DNA of 64,000 nt from Octopus vulgaris (lineage: Eukaryota), in the NCBI GenBank assembly GCA_951406725.2, contig OX597814.1:101246001-101310000 (forward strand), in the 5' to 3' direction. Of this stretch, positions 12,855 to 26,348 are shown one piece after another. The notes beneath the pieces were generated by a model that saw only the letters and a list, made by a program, of their open reading frames with translations, was not told where the DNA came from and made no database searches. The position numbers were made by a program, and so were the translations under genes. Position 1 is the first letter of the stretch. The number at the start of each line of letters is the position of its first letter.

Positions 12855-13539
12855 ATAGGAAAAGGAAAGATCCAAGGAAGGGAAGATGGAGGAAAAAATC
12901 GCCAACGATACACACGTGACACACACACACATATATATATATATATAAACACATGCGCTTACATATGTACGTATGTATGTATGAATGTTTGGAGAGAAAG
13001 AATGATTTCTAATAAAGATTCATCATATTCATAGAAAAACAGCCAGAGCAAGTATTAAGAATATGGAAATAGTACTTGAAAAATATCGTTATAGGTATAA
13101 AGATACCATAAACAATTATAGAAATTATAGAAAAATATAATATAAATGTGTGTGTGTATTTTTATGATCAGTGTCTCTTCATATGTCCGATTTTTTTATG
13201 AACTTCTGGTCAGATGTCTACTCGACTCGCAGTAGAACTGGAGAAATTCCAGTCCTGCTGTGAGAGATTGGGTAGCGCTGCTCAGAAAGGACTGGAATAA
13301 AGGGTATAATGCTAACATACCAGATTTGTTTGCCGACTTCTTGGGAGATATCTTCCACAAACAGCACTAGAAGAAGAGAATTCCCATTTCTGTGAGTCTA
13401 TAAGAGGTGGTGATATTAAGGAACGATACAAACGAGAGATGTAGTGGATGGGGGTACATGTAGCTGTTAAACACAGACTTCAAAATTATGTCCAGAGAGT
13501 TAGGTAACAGCTCGGAGCCTGTTGTCTATGGTCTGATGT

Positions 13540-14100
13540 ACAGAAATTTTCATCTGAAACAGATTTGTCTACGATAATCCTCACCTCCTGCGATATTTCA
13601 TACGGAGATTAAATAAGAAACCGGGCCTTCTGATACTGGCCCCAAGGATCCAACAATAATCGGCGCCATCTTGACCTTCTTCATTTTCCACAGTCGAGCT
13701 ATCTCGTATTTAAGAGGATTGTGTATGTCCATATTTTCGGCTTACTTCTTCGCTATTCGTGGATCCTAGCGATACGCAACATCAATTATAGAGTACATGT
13801 GGTTCACATTGTCCACCACCTCTAGGTCCAGCTTGTTGTGCTCAAGCACCTAGTCTACTTGGATTAGGAAATCTGATAGGATTTTGCAAGTCTCGGACTC
13901 TACCACTCTCTGTGGTTTGCGCTTGTATCACTTGTTTCATCCTAACCCTAACACTTTATAGTTTCCAATGCAACGCTTTCGCTACAGTTCATACTGGGTT
14001 TGGGCAAGACGAGGGCATTCGTTGACGATATTGTAGATTACACATTCGGTACAACCATGGAGACACTTGCTCGTTCCTAAAGTTCACCCTCAGATTTGTC
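13540..14100 (-). mobile_element. degenerate R4/Dong-clade LINE 3' fragment
   Basis: Minus-strand peptides NIVNECPRLAQTQY and PLKYEIARLWKMKKVKMAPIIVGSLG match the zinc-finger and REL region. Confidence 0.7.
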
Positions 14101-14269
14101 GCTAAATCTTGACCTTACGCTGCCATTAATTCTCCCGCCTGTTGGGGGAAATTTTATTGTTGTTATTGTTATTTATTTTCTACTCAACAGTGTGCCAAAC
14201 CCCAGTTGTCCCTTGAGTTGTATTATCCCTATTTGCTTTGTGTCCAGCCCTCACGGCCAATAAAGAAGA

Positions 14270-14347
<78 letters not shown>

Positions 14348-14366
14348 CATTATTATTATTATTATT

Positions 14367-14686
14367 CAGTAGTTTTATATTTATAGCGTGCTCTCAGTCC
14401 ACTACCGAGAGCAGTTCTGTGTGCCTTGGGTATGTGCTGTGGTTTGTTGTGATGTTTTTATGGTTACTGTATTGAAAGTGTTTTGCGTAGGATGTGTGCA
14501 GTACCTAGTGGTGCAATTTTCTGTATGCTATAAGTCCCCGTGTTTTTGTTATGTATTTGTCTGAATATTTTTTATCATACATAATGCGTCTAATATGAAT
14601 TGTTTCTGTTTTTAGATTCCACATTCGAGTTACCTCTATTTCCAGGTCTTTGTGTTTTGAAAGTTTCTCCATTTCTTTTAGAGAAA
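14367..14686 (-). mobile_element. R4/Dong-clade LINE 3' end between (ATT)n tracts
   Basis: SLKEMEKLSKHKDLEIEVTRMWNLKTETI aligns to SAKEFDKLRKYKDLLIEIEKMWHLKAVTI of ORF 7439-8989. (ATT)n lies on both sides. Confidence 0.8.
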
Positions 14687-14704
14687 TTATTATTATTATT
14701 ATTA

Positions 14705-14784
<80 letters not shown>

Positions 14785-15059
14785 TCCTGTCTAGAGATTC
14801 AAATTCTGCGTAAGCATAGTAAATATCCTCAGATGAATTAGAAATATTGAGAATCTTCCTTTACAATGCTCTGAACAATATTTATAGAACAATATTCATA
14901 CGAGCAATGCTGAACTGAAGAACATTTGAACTTACAAAGCCCAAGGATATAGCCTTTTTGCAACGTACGGGAATAACTGTGCGTGGGTATATTTGCGAGT
15001 GTATATACCATGCCTACATATTATGTACACACACACACACACACACACATACAAGGACA

Positions 15060-15109
<50 letters not shown>

Positions 15110-15600
15110 TGAAGTAACGAACAGAAGTAGTACTCAACACCTATAGCTGGGGTTGTGTTTATTGAGTAACATGAGAAGCTAAGTCAACCCGCTTATGTAT
15201 GTATATATGCACATATATATGGGCATATTAAACACGCATGTATATATATATACACACACATAGACATACACACACACATATATATATATACATAGACATA
15301 CATATATGTATACATATATACATAGGCATACATGTATATATATTTATATATACATATATATGCATATATATATATATACATATGTATATACATATATATA
15401 TGTACTTACATATACACGCACATTTATGCTTACATATATATATATATATATACATGTATACACACATTTATACATACATGTATATACATTTATGCATGCA
15501 TACATATACACATTTATACATACATACATACATATATATATACGCATATTTATATGCATGTTTGTGCACATTATATATAATTGTATATATGTAATATATG

Positions 15601-15639
<39 letters not shown>

Positions 15640-15773
15640 GCACACAGACAGATACACATACACAAACATACATATGTTTCCTCACACCCTATTTTGATAC
15701 GTGCATAAACAAATACGCGTTTCCCAAAACATAAATGTGTACCAACATACATATGGTAAACTAACACAAATAC

Positions 15774-15828
<55 letters not shown>

Positions 15829-16399
15829 ACACACACACATACTTACATATACAGAGATGAAAGACTAAGTAAGCCGGTTGCTTTTTCGACACACTTTTTT
15901 TTTTTGTTTTCTTGTTCTTTAATTTTGTTTTGCTGTCGTTGTTGTTGTTGATGGTGTTGTTATTGTTATCGTTATTGTTGTTGTTGTTTTTATTTTTTTC
16001 TCGATGTGGTCGACTGCGTCGATATGGTTCGGTCGAGGTTCGTGTCGCATGTAGTCTGCCAAGCACTCATTCCACGTCCGATACGTGAGAACAAGCATAA
16101 TGTTATAATCACGGAAATGGTAGCGACACCTCATCAAAATATGGAAGTCATTTGTAGAAAGGGAATTAAAGACGATAGAAGTTAATACTGTAACAGTTCC
16201 TCAGGAAAATACTCTTTTTGTTTTGTTTTTATTTTTATTTATTTTTTTTTAATTTTGTTTGTTTGTTTGTTGGTTTGTTTGGTTTTTTTTTGTTTTTTAT
16301 CTCATCGACTGTTCGGTGTTCAGTATTCTTTCAAAGGCATGGCGTCAATTATGATTCACACAGAACGGCCGGATGCATGGCTCACTGGACATAAAGGAT

Positions 16400-16745
16400 A
16401 GTAATGATGACGACGGTTACGATGATGATGACGGTGATGATGATGAGGATGATGATGAGGTGGAGGAGGAGGACGAGATGAGGAGGAACTGGATAAATAT
16501 GGTAATAGGGGGTAATCGTAAGGTGATAAAGATGTCGTTCATGATGATGATGATGATGAAGATGGAGATGATGATGATTATGATCTTGATGGTGATAGTA
16601 GTGGTAATGATGATGATGGTAATGGTGATAGTGATGGTGATGATGATGATCATCATCAGCAGCAGCAGCAGCAACATCATGACGCAGAGAAGCGGGATGA
16701 AGTCGAGAAAAAGAGGAACAATTTTTATGATGATGATGATGATGA

Positions 16746-16790
<45 letters not shown>

Positions 16791-17090
16791 TGATGATTAT
16801 GATGATGATGATGATGACGATGGAGAGGAAGAGGAGTAGGATGATAAGGAGGAAGAAGAAAAAGAAATGGTGGAAGAAGAAATAGACGAGAGGAGGAAAA
16901 GGATGAATTCAGAGAAAAAGAACTGTTTTACTAATGATGATGATGGTGGTACGTTTATGATGATGTTGATGATGATGACGACGCCTACAGTGACGATAGT
17001 GATGACCAAAGATAAGCAGCGTCATGGAAACGAAGCGGAGTTAAAAGGAAGCAATGCGAATGATGACAATGACAATGGTTGCTGATGATG
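16400..17090. repeat. compound GAT/GAC/GAG/CAG trinucleotide low-complexity region
   Basis: Runs of GATGAT, GACGAC, GAGGAG and CAGCAG are visible directly. Confidence 0.9.
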
Positions 17091-17306
17091 AGCATAGAAA
17101 TAATCCCTTACATAGGCGTGCCATCTTTGAGTGGTAGGCCTAATGCACTACCACTATTACATCTGGTCCTTGAGTACTATTACAGGAGATCACTCGGTTC
17201 AATTTGTGACCATAGTTTTTTTCTACAGATGATAAAGTGCAGATGCTGAAGCTGGGCATCGACTGTAAATATCTATTCAGTCTAAATATTCTTGAAAACA
17301 AAAATA

Positions 17307-17675
17307 AAATCACGGGTGTTTTGATTAACGAATAATGCAGCCATGAAAGACTGCGTCCCACGGGTCTTACTGAAAGGCGCGACAACGAAAAATTACCTTT
17401 AATTTTTTTTAGGAGTGCAGAACGCCTGATGATAAGTGTATCGAATGTAGCCCGCTTCTTGAAAAAGGCCACCAAAATTTTGTTGTGAAAAAAAATCATG
17501 GGTATTTTGAGTAAGGAATAATGCAGTCATGAAAGACTGCGGCCCGCGGGACTTTTTGAAAGGGGTGATAACGAAAAATTACCTTACACTGTATTAGGCG
17601 AGCGGCGCGCCTGAATAAGAGCAGTGTCGTATCTGGCCTGCTTCTGGAAAAAGATCACCTATACTTTGTAATATA
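17307..17675. repeat. diverged ~186-bp tandem duplication
   Basis: GAATAATGCAG(C/T)CATGAAAGACTGCG occurs at 17330 and 17516. ACGAAAAATTACCTT and other blocks repeat at about the same spacing. Confidence 0.85.
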
Positions 17676-18369
17676 AAATGAACGAAATCAATATATGAAA
17701 CGTTTAAATTAGTATAACATATCTACTATCGAGAATCGAAAATGAGTTATAGATTTCATGTATAATACACCTGACAAGAAACAAAAATAACTGGGCCACC
17801 CTAGGCTTTAACGATATGGGTTCAGTTGTTCGATCAACTGAATTAGTTGTTCACTTAATTAATGAATAAGTCTTCCGTAACCAGTGCATCTGTAACGTAA
17901 ATTTCCAGCAGAATCAACATGACACTTATATGCATTTATCGTCTACCCTGTTTCACACACACAAAGTTTTCGTTTGACACTAACCTGAGGCAACGGATGG
18001 AGACACCCGCACGAAAAGTCACGCATTGGGATTGAACACGGGAAATCGTAGTTTCAAAACAAACTTCTTTAGCGTTTGATCTTTCTGCTTCCATATAGTA
18101 AGAGCAATATATACCACTACAACATTTTGAGCAATACACACTATCAATAGAAGTATCTTCGTCACCTATCTTAACCATTAATTAGCTTTCGCTGCTGTTA
18201 TCAGACATGCGATGTATCAGAGTTCGTATGTTTACACATTTTTTAAAAGTCAGTTTATAACATAGAAGTATTAAAATTAATAAAATAATTCGAAACAATT
18301 TTAGTGATGGAATGAAATTGTAGTTATACAAGCAAAATATCCTACCATAACGTATCATACATAATCATA

Positions 18370-18950
18370 ATGGTTTCATATTTTGGCACAACGTAAGTAA
18401 TTTAGAAAGGATAACAGTCGGTTACATCGAATCCATTACTTGATTAATACTATATTTTATCGATCCCAAAAAGATAAAAAGCAAAGTTAACTCAGGCGGG
18501 AATTGCATGTAAAGAATTTTACTAACGACTCTGCCAGCCAGCTGCCTTATTGCTGCATAATAATAATAATCCTTTCTGCTATAGGCACAAGGCCTGAAAT
18601 TTGTGGGTAGAGGTCCAGTCGATTAGAACGATATCAGTACACAACTGGTACTTAATTTATCGATCCCGAAAGATTGAAAGATAAAATCGATCCTGGCGGA
18701 ATTTGAACTCAGAACTTAGCGGCAGACGAAATACCTATTTCTTTACAACCCACAGAAAGGACAAACAAGGACAGACAAACGGATTAAGTAGATTATATCG
18801 ACCCCAGTAACTGGTACTTATTTAATCGACCCCGAAAGGATGAAAGGCAAAGTTGACCTCGGCGGAATTTGAACTCAGAACGTAGCGGCAGACGAAATAC
18901 TGCTAAGCATTTCGCCCGGCGTGCTAACGATTCTGCCAGCTCACTGCCCT
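18370..18950 (-). mobile_element. tandem SINE family B units
   Basis: Repeated CGACCCCGAAAGGATGAAAGGCAAAGTTGACCTCGGCGGAATTTGAACTCAGAAC blocks, with the head ending GATTCTGCCAGCTC. Confidence 0.8.
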
Positions 18951-21900
18951 AAATAATAAAAATAATAATGATAATAATTATTAGTATTATTATATTAATC
19001 ACAGGAGAGTCATATGTATGTTATAATGTTATAATAAGAATAAAAATTTACATGAATGAGGGTGGTTTATAAAAAGAGGAAACTTAAGGATGCTTGAAGA
19101 TGTTCTACAATATATTGATTAAAATGTTTGAAGAAACATGAATAAGATTATAAAAGCTTAATAAGCATTTAGTGTTAGCCACCTACACATGGGTGCGAAC
19201 CCACAAGCTAAGTGCGGACGAAGCAACCCCGCAGCTCTTCCCTTCTGCCGCTCCTTGTACAAAGCATTGATGCACCCAATGAATGGCACTCGTTAACATT
19301 TTTTGTTTGGGTTGGTTTGGAATATAACAACTTGTACATGCTCATTCTCTTTCAAGAAGTCCTAGCCTAATAGTCAGCACTATATTAATTAATATTTTAG
19401 CTACTGCGTCGTTATAATTTTCTTTTAAACTCTCTTCCGCAATCACTTCACCATCAAATTCATTTGTCGTTTTCTGACATGATTCTCTTGCTTCAGTTAC
19501 AATTACATCACTACTGTGAATCCCATTTTGTTTCCTGAGAGCAGGTTTTTTTTTCTAGTTTTTTGTACTTCTTTTGTTATGATTTCGCTCTTCCTTTTGA
19601 GGTTTTCCCGTTTTGCTACGTTCTTATGGGTCCACTTCGATTACTTACTGCTCCTATGATGAAACAGTGTTTTACTACCGGCTGTTACGATAGTGTCCCT
19701 GGACGCTTGCTTCCAGGCCTCTTCCACTCTATCCACTTCTAGTAACTGGGGTTGACTGCTCTTATTGCTGTTTCAACAGCTCTATTTAATTTCTCCCTCG
19801 ATTCTTAAGCTTTTTTCATTTCTTCAGTACAAAAGGGTCTCAGGCAGTTCTTAATACAAGTATATCAACCTGTTTTCTTTTTTCTTTTGCAAAGGGTAGG
19901 AATAAGTCATGTTATATATGTAGTAAAAACTCGTTCTTCTTACTATCACATGTATTACAGTTTGTTATAGCTGCAGAATTAACTATAAGTCTAATAGTAA
20001 CAACGATTCGTTAGAACCTCAAGCTTAGTGCCATTTGTCTCTGGCTCTCCTGCTATTTGTCTCTGTACATTCAATTGGACATAGATTCCTTATGTTGTGG
20101 TTTTCAAGGTCAGTAACTTGTAGTTCCATCTTGACCTCTCTTGATCAAATGCCACTTATTTTCCCCTCTGCGATGGCCATACTACAATACAAAGCTGACA
20201 AGCCGTAAACCAAAACAATCCCTAATGTCCCTCTCACATTTAATTCTCTGCTCCAGATATTTGGGTGTAAGTGTCTTGGTATGTGGCTGTCTCAATATTT
20301 CATCCTATTGCGGGGCATGTTCTTTAAAACTCACGAAAGTATTTGCACATTTTTGCTGAACCTCGTAATCTATTTGCCTCTAATGCAATTTGTCTCTAAT
20401 TTCATAAGTTTCATTTAGAAAGGTAAATTATTTGACCCTTACATGAGAAAGTGGGGTAAATAAATATATAAAAAAAAGCATATTATCGTTTGCTCTAACT
20501 TAAGATCTCTAGCCCTGAAATTAACGAAAAAATCATAATTATATTAATTTTAATCGTATTATTTTAATTAATTTAATGAACATTAGTTTCAAGAATTAGG
20601 GCTTAGAGTCCTTGTGAAACGACGATTCTTTTTCCAAATACATAATTATGTGATATTGGAGTCCCATGAAGCTTTAGTTAAGTTACTAACAATAAATTCC
20701 ATGTCTCCTGGTTATGACTGCTATAAATCCTTTAACAATATCGTGGGGAATGTTATGAATATTAACGACATAATATTTTCGTTTCAATCAAAATACAGAA
20801 ATCTTATGCACTGCAAGGAATTCATTAGTGAAATTATCCACTAGAATGCGCGGTAGTGTTGAGCGAATAGACTAACCAAATCATGTTACGCAAGTTATGA
20901 GAACATATCCTTCGGCAAATTTAAGCATATTGAGTCGAGTTTGTTACTGGAGATAGAAGTAAAAGGGAAAGTAGAATCAATTCTAGGAATCCGTATGAAC
21001 TGGATTTGGATTCGTAACAGGGAATTGAACTTAGACATATAAAATTATGTGGATTAATCAGAGAAGTATTATAAAACAGTTGTAAATTTGAACATGAGAC
21101 ACAGAAGCTTGTACTCTATAACCATATCGTTATCTTCTGGGTTATAAAGAATTAATTTTGTTCTCAGTTGCACAGCTGAATATTGGATCTAGATTAATTG
21201 AATAAATGCAAAACACTGTTGGATTATTGAATTGACTCGGTGCTTTGTTCAGGAATGAATAGCTCGTTTCGGTAACATAGTAAATGGATGGCTCCAAGTT
21301 TTGAGTTCAATAGACTACCTTCTAGATCACACAAATAATGAACCTGCCACTCATTCACTTAATTACGCCGTAATTACTAAAAGCTCCGTTGAAGAGAACG
21401 CATGAATCTGTTTTTCTAAATTAACGACTGTCCCAAAGTAGCACCCTTTAAAAGCCTGTGAGGAAAAAGATATTAAATGGCAAAGACACTATCCGTAAAT
21501 CTCGGAAACTTCAGGCTTAATTCTTGAACCAATTTACATACCATATTCTTTGCGTTCTTTTATTCTTTATCTCTATTCCATTTCCCCTAAATCTAGATGA
21601 ATTGTTGTAAATAATCAGAAGAAATATGCTATCCTGCTACTTTATTTTTCTCTTTTCTAAAAAGAAAAGACAAATTGACTATTTCTTTGCATGTATATTT
21701 TAACTACTCTCTTTTTATTTAGCTTTTGTTAGTGCTTGTTTCATTGAAGGCATTTCGTTCTAATGGGCTCGCAGTACCGTAAAGATGTATCATTATGCCA
21801 CATCAGGAGTTAACGACCTGTCATAACGCTTCCTCAAATTCCGATACAGTAGAAGCATTTAGAGAGGAAAGGTCAGTATTTAGACGTTATCTTGCTACTG

Positions 21901-22687
21901 TAATCATGGCTGCCATAAGTAATTCAAGAAATACCTTTTACACCAGCTCTCTTTAGGGTCTGGCACCTGTTACTAGTTGAACAGCTAAGTCAAAATATTT
22001 CACTGTTCAGAGGACTCGTAAAAGAAAGGTTTACATACATACATACGTACATACAGTTACAGCGCAAGCGATAGGAAGAGAAAGAGTAAAATGAGACAAG
22101 GGGCAAAGAATGACGAGATGTGTGATTGTATCGCAGTTTATTCTATGGTTAAAGTTGACAACAAATGAATGAAAAGAATGTTGTATGTCAAATGCTAAGC
22201 AAACATATTGCTAAATTCTAAGGGGAGAAGGCAGATTCAACTGTGTTTACATTGGTGTACAAGCCCACATTAAGATATACATAAATATATACAAGTATAA
22301 TGTGCGTGAGAGTGTGTTAGCATATTTAATAGAGCATATACTCGTCATTTAGATCTAATGCCAAACTTTTCAAAAACGAATGACAGCTGACTCTAATTTC
22401 TAACTGGTATTAAATTGACAGAACCTTAAAGGAATACTGCTGAAAGTAAATACAAAATTTTTCTGTGCGCGAAACATTGCAAAGCACCTCCTTTTTTCTA
22501 GTGAAGCTTATAGATTGTAGTGATGTATGAACCGCATCCGAGAGTATATCCTGTGAATTCTTCCCAAACGTAACTCAGTCATGCTATGTGGGTTCCTGTC
22601 ACTGAAACGTTTCATAACGCTATTTTTATTTTGTAAGTGCAGGTCAACTCTGACTAGGCTAAAAAAATACTTCAGCGCAGTCATACA

Positions 22688-22890
22688 ACCCTAACCCTAA
22701 CTCTGAAACCCTAACCCTAATCCTAACACCCTAACCCTAACACCCTAACGCTAAAACCCTAACCCTAAAACCCTAACCTTAAATCCCTAAAACCCTAACC
22801 CTAACTCTAAAACCCTAACTCTAAAACCCTAACCCTAACCCAAAAACCCAAAAACCCTAACCCTAATCCTAAAACCTTAAAGCTAAAACC
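22688..22890. repeat. interstitial telomere-like (CCCTAA)n array with variant units
   Basis: CCCTAA units are interspersed with CCCTAAAA, CTCTAAAA, CCCTAACA and CCCAAAAA. Confidence 0.9.
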
Positions 22891-23369
22891 AGTACAAATG
22901 CACGAACGATATCATAAATAACAGTAACAAACGAAAAATACACCGCCGATAGTTGTTGTTGACAAACAACGGCAGTAATTTTATTCAACTGAGTACACGT
23001 CATTGATTGGTTGAAATTACCGAAATAGGACTACTTTAACATGAAATATCTTCATAAATATAAGATTTTCTCAAAAATGTTAAGAGTAAAAGATGTTTTA
23101 TATGAAACATTCTACCAGTGTCCGATGTTTGAAAGTGTTTAGTTACAAAAAATTATTTTTTAAAATCTGTAGGTCAAAATGTAAAGATCCGAATTAATTA
23201 TAATTTCCTTAAATTTTAACCACATGGCTTTAAAATTATAAACGTGCTTTGTACGTGGTACATGTAGCTTCTCATAAACTAAGTGTATGAATTAGAATAT
23301 AAAAGCAATGAATTAAAGGGAAAATGAAAAGGATAACGTAATTATTGATATTTTCTTTTATATAGTCAT

Positions 23370-23720
23370 AATCCTTTCTATTGTAGACATAAGGTTTGGA
23401 ATTTTTGAAGGTCAACTGATACTTATTCTATCGAACTTGTAAAAAAGAAAGGCAGAGTCAACATTGGTGGAATTTAAACTCGGAAAGTAAAGGCGGGCGA
23501 AATGCCGCTAAGTATTTTGCCACAAGGGTAGCAATTTTGCGAGAGGGGATGAGTCTATTTCATCTACCCCAATGTTCAACTGATACTTATTTTATTGACT
23601 CCGAAAGAATGAAAGGCAAAATCGGCCTCAGCGGAATTTGAACTCAGAACCTAAAGACAGATGAAATGCCGCTAAGCATCTCGCCCGGCGTGCTAAAGAT
23701 TCTGCCAGCTCGCCGCCTTA
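23370..23720 (-). mobile_element. tandem SINE family B units
   Basis: Two head-to-tail units ending TCTGCCAGCTCGCCGCCTT. Confidence 0.75.
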
Positions 23721-24829
23721 TAATAGTAATAATGGTAGATGAATAAATTATTATGAAATCGGATTTTTATTCTAGGAATTTCTTTTTTTATTTATTTTAT
23801 CATTATTTAAAATATAAATAAAAATAACAATAAACAAAAGAAGCAAAGAAAATGAGGGTGTCGAAGGTGAGATTTGAACGTCGACTTCCTTTTTCTGTTG
23901 GTTTAAACTGCACTTGAGGCTATTAATGCGTCTGGGTGTGAAATAGGGTGATAGAAAATTGGGTGTCGGAAAGTGAACGGATCGACCTTGTCAAACGGCC
24001 CACCTATAAAAGAAGCACTTCCACACTCAGAATACATACATACACACAGACAAATATACATACACACAAATCGCAGATTATAGGATACACCTCGTGTTCT
24101 GTCTGAGAAAATAGACGGTCTCGCTATGATCCTGTTTTTGTTGTGTTTTTTTAAAACATCAATATAATTATTTCTGACTTGGGTAAGGAGCCAGCAATTT
24201 TGAGAGGTGGATAGCCGACACCATCGATCCCCACACACTTTAGTTCGTACTTTATTTCATCGATCTCCAAAAGATGAAAGGTAGAGTTGAAAGCTGCAGG
24301 GCTTGAACTCTGAATATAAACAATAAATAAATCATGCTATTCACATTTTTTCACGCTCTTACGATTCTACCAATTTTCTCCTTAATGTTTTCTAATTCAA
24401 GAACAAGATATATTTTTTTTTAGAATAGAATAAGTACAAGACTAAAAAAATCAGTCCTGGGGTCGATTTGTTCGTCTAAAACCCTTCAAGGCGGTGCTCC
24501 AGCATGACTACAGTTAAATGACTGTAAACAAGTAAAAGAATAAAAGAATGCACAGTAGAATTAATTGATTTCATTGACACTGTATCTTATCAACCTCAAA
24601 TGAAATAAAGGCAGGTAAACCTCTGTAGTATTTGAACCCAGAAATAGCAATACAGCATAATAAAGGCTAACCCCTGGTTAAGCATAACTGAATCCCATGC
24701 TTATACATCCAAGCGTTCGCACTCGTGCAAACTCCTATAAACAGTACCTTCCTTCATCTCACACAAGTTGAAAATAGAATTACTACCAAATAAATTTCAT
24801 GTTGTTTGCAAGAAACAGCTCAGTTTAGC

Positions 24830-26000
24830 AAAGGTGGTATTTAGTTATGAATCGGACAAAATGTTTTGCAGTATTTAGTTAAGGATCTTTAGATTCTGAG
24901 TTCAAATCCCTATAGAAGTCGATTTATTTGATTAGCTCTTTCCTCCAAAATCTACTGACCTGGGGCTAAAAAACTGAAAGAATTATTACAGTTGAGAAGG
25001 CGACGAAGTGTCAAAATTGTTAGCGCGTCGGATAAGCTGCTTAGTGTCATTTCTTCCGATTCTAAATTTTCTGAGTTCAGATACCGCCGAGGTTGACTTA
25101 GCCTATCATTCTTTCGGGGTGGATAAAATAAGTACCAGCTGAGCACTGGGGGCGATATAATCGACTAGTCACTCTCCCCTTTAAAATTCAGGCCTTGTCC
25201 CTACACTAGAAAGGATTTCTATTATGGAGCTGGTGGTGAAGTTTCATAATTGTATAAACGTCACACAGACATCCTTGCTCCGTTTTTTTCCATTCTTTAC
25301 GTTCTGGCATCAAACCCTCGGTTGGTCGACAAAACAAAGCACCTGTCTAATGCTGAAGATTGATGTAATCGACTAGCCTCTTTCCAATGAAACTCCTGAC
25401 CACGTTCCCAAATTCAAAATAGTACTGGAAGAATCGTTACTGCGCCGGACAAAATTATTTATTTCGCCTTCATGTTCTGAGTTCAAAATACGCAGAGATA
25501 TATTTTGTCTTTTATCCTTTGATAAAACAAGTACTAGTTGTGATCTAAGTCGTTGTAATCTACTAACCCAAACCCAACAAAATTTTAGGCGTTGTGCTTA
25601 CATAGTGAACTAGCTGAATCGTTAGAGTGTCAATAAAATGTCCTTCGTTATTTCTTCTGGCTCTTTACGTTCTGCTTCAAATCCAGGGTCGATAAAAAAA
25701 AAAATAATGTACTGACTTTGCAATTGCTGAACTTGAACCAAAATTAAAAACCGTTCTTAATACTATGAGAAGAGAAATGGTAAAATCACCGAACTGGCGG
25801 ATCGGAAACTGGTGGCACAAAATACTTTGCAGTCTTTCCTGCAACTCTTAAGTCTAAGTTCAATTACCACTGAAATCATTTATGATATTTGTCCCTCTGG
25901 TTTTGATAAAATGAAGTGTCAGACTTGTACTAGCATTGATGACATCTACTAATATCCCATCCCACTCAAAATTTCTGGCCTCTTGCCTGAATCAGAAATA
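24830..26000 (+). mobile_element. head-to-tail cluster of decayed SINE family B units
   Basis: Recurrent TTCTGAGTTCAAAT, GATAAAATAAGTAC and GATGTAATCGACTA blocks every ~150-250 bp. The best copy is ~24997-25220. Confidence 0.65.
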
Positions 26001-26055
26001 ATTACAATAGAAGTTGTGGTTCAGAGCAGACTCTGCGCGTGCGTTGCATGGTATG

Positions 26056-26348
26056 TTTGTTCCTTCTCGAGCTACGCCTAGCTCATTAGGGCCGGCTTCC
26101 TTGGCGTATAGGTTCCCCACCTGGACGGGGCGCCGGTCTGTTGCAGGTGAGCTGCAAGATGCAGGAGGAGAGAGTGAGAGAAAGTTGTGACGAAAGAGTC
26201 AGCAGAGGTTCGCCATTACTTTCTGCCGGAGCTATGTGGAGCTTCGGTGTTTCGCTCAAAAACTCACACATCACTCGGTCTGAGATTCGAACCCGTGATC
26301 CCTCGAACACGAGTCTGCTGCTCTAACCACTAGGCCATGTGCTTCCAT
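26056..26348 (-). mobile_element. tRNA-derived SINE family D with target-site duplication
   Basis: Head GGCCTAGTGGTTAGAGC...GGGTTCGAATCTC. Its 3' domain GGCGCCCCGTCCAGGTGGGGAAC is related to 45005-45105. Flanked by GTTGCA(T/C)GGTATG at ~26043 and ~26349. Confidence 0.85.

Larger units (their letters stand above)
12503..12993. repeat. fold-back inverted duplication of a Penelope-type terminal repeat and its flank
   Basis: 12503-12744 is reverse-complementary to 12783-12993. The spacer 12747-12782 is an extra partial copy of the start of the right arm. Confidence 0.95.

Noticed and set aside
16373-17085. Acidic / Met-rich ORFs as a host protein
   Set aside because: These are trinucleotide repeats that switch frame, with no coherent product.
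21230-21290. Integrase-like peptide CFVQE*IARFG
   Set aside because: A single short interrupted motif with no other LTR-element features.
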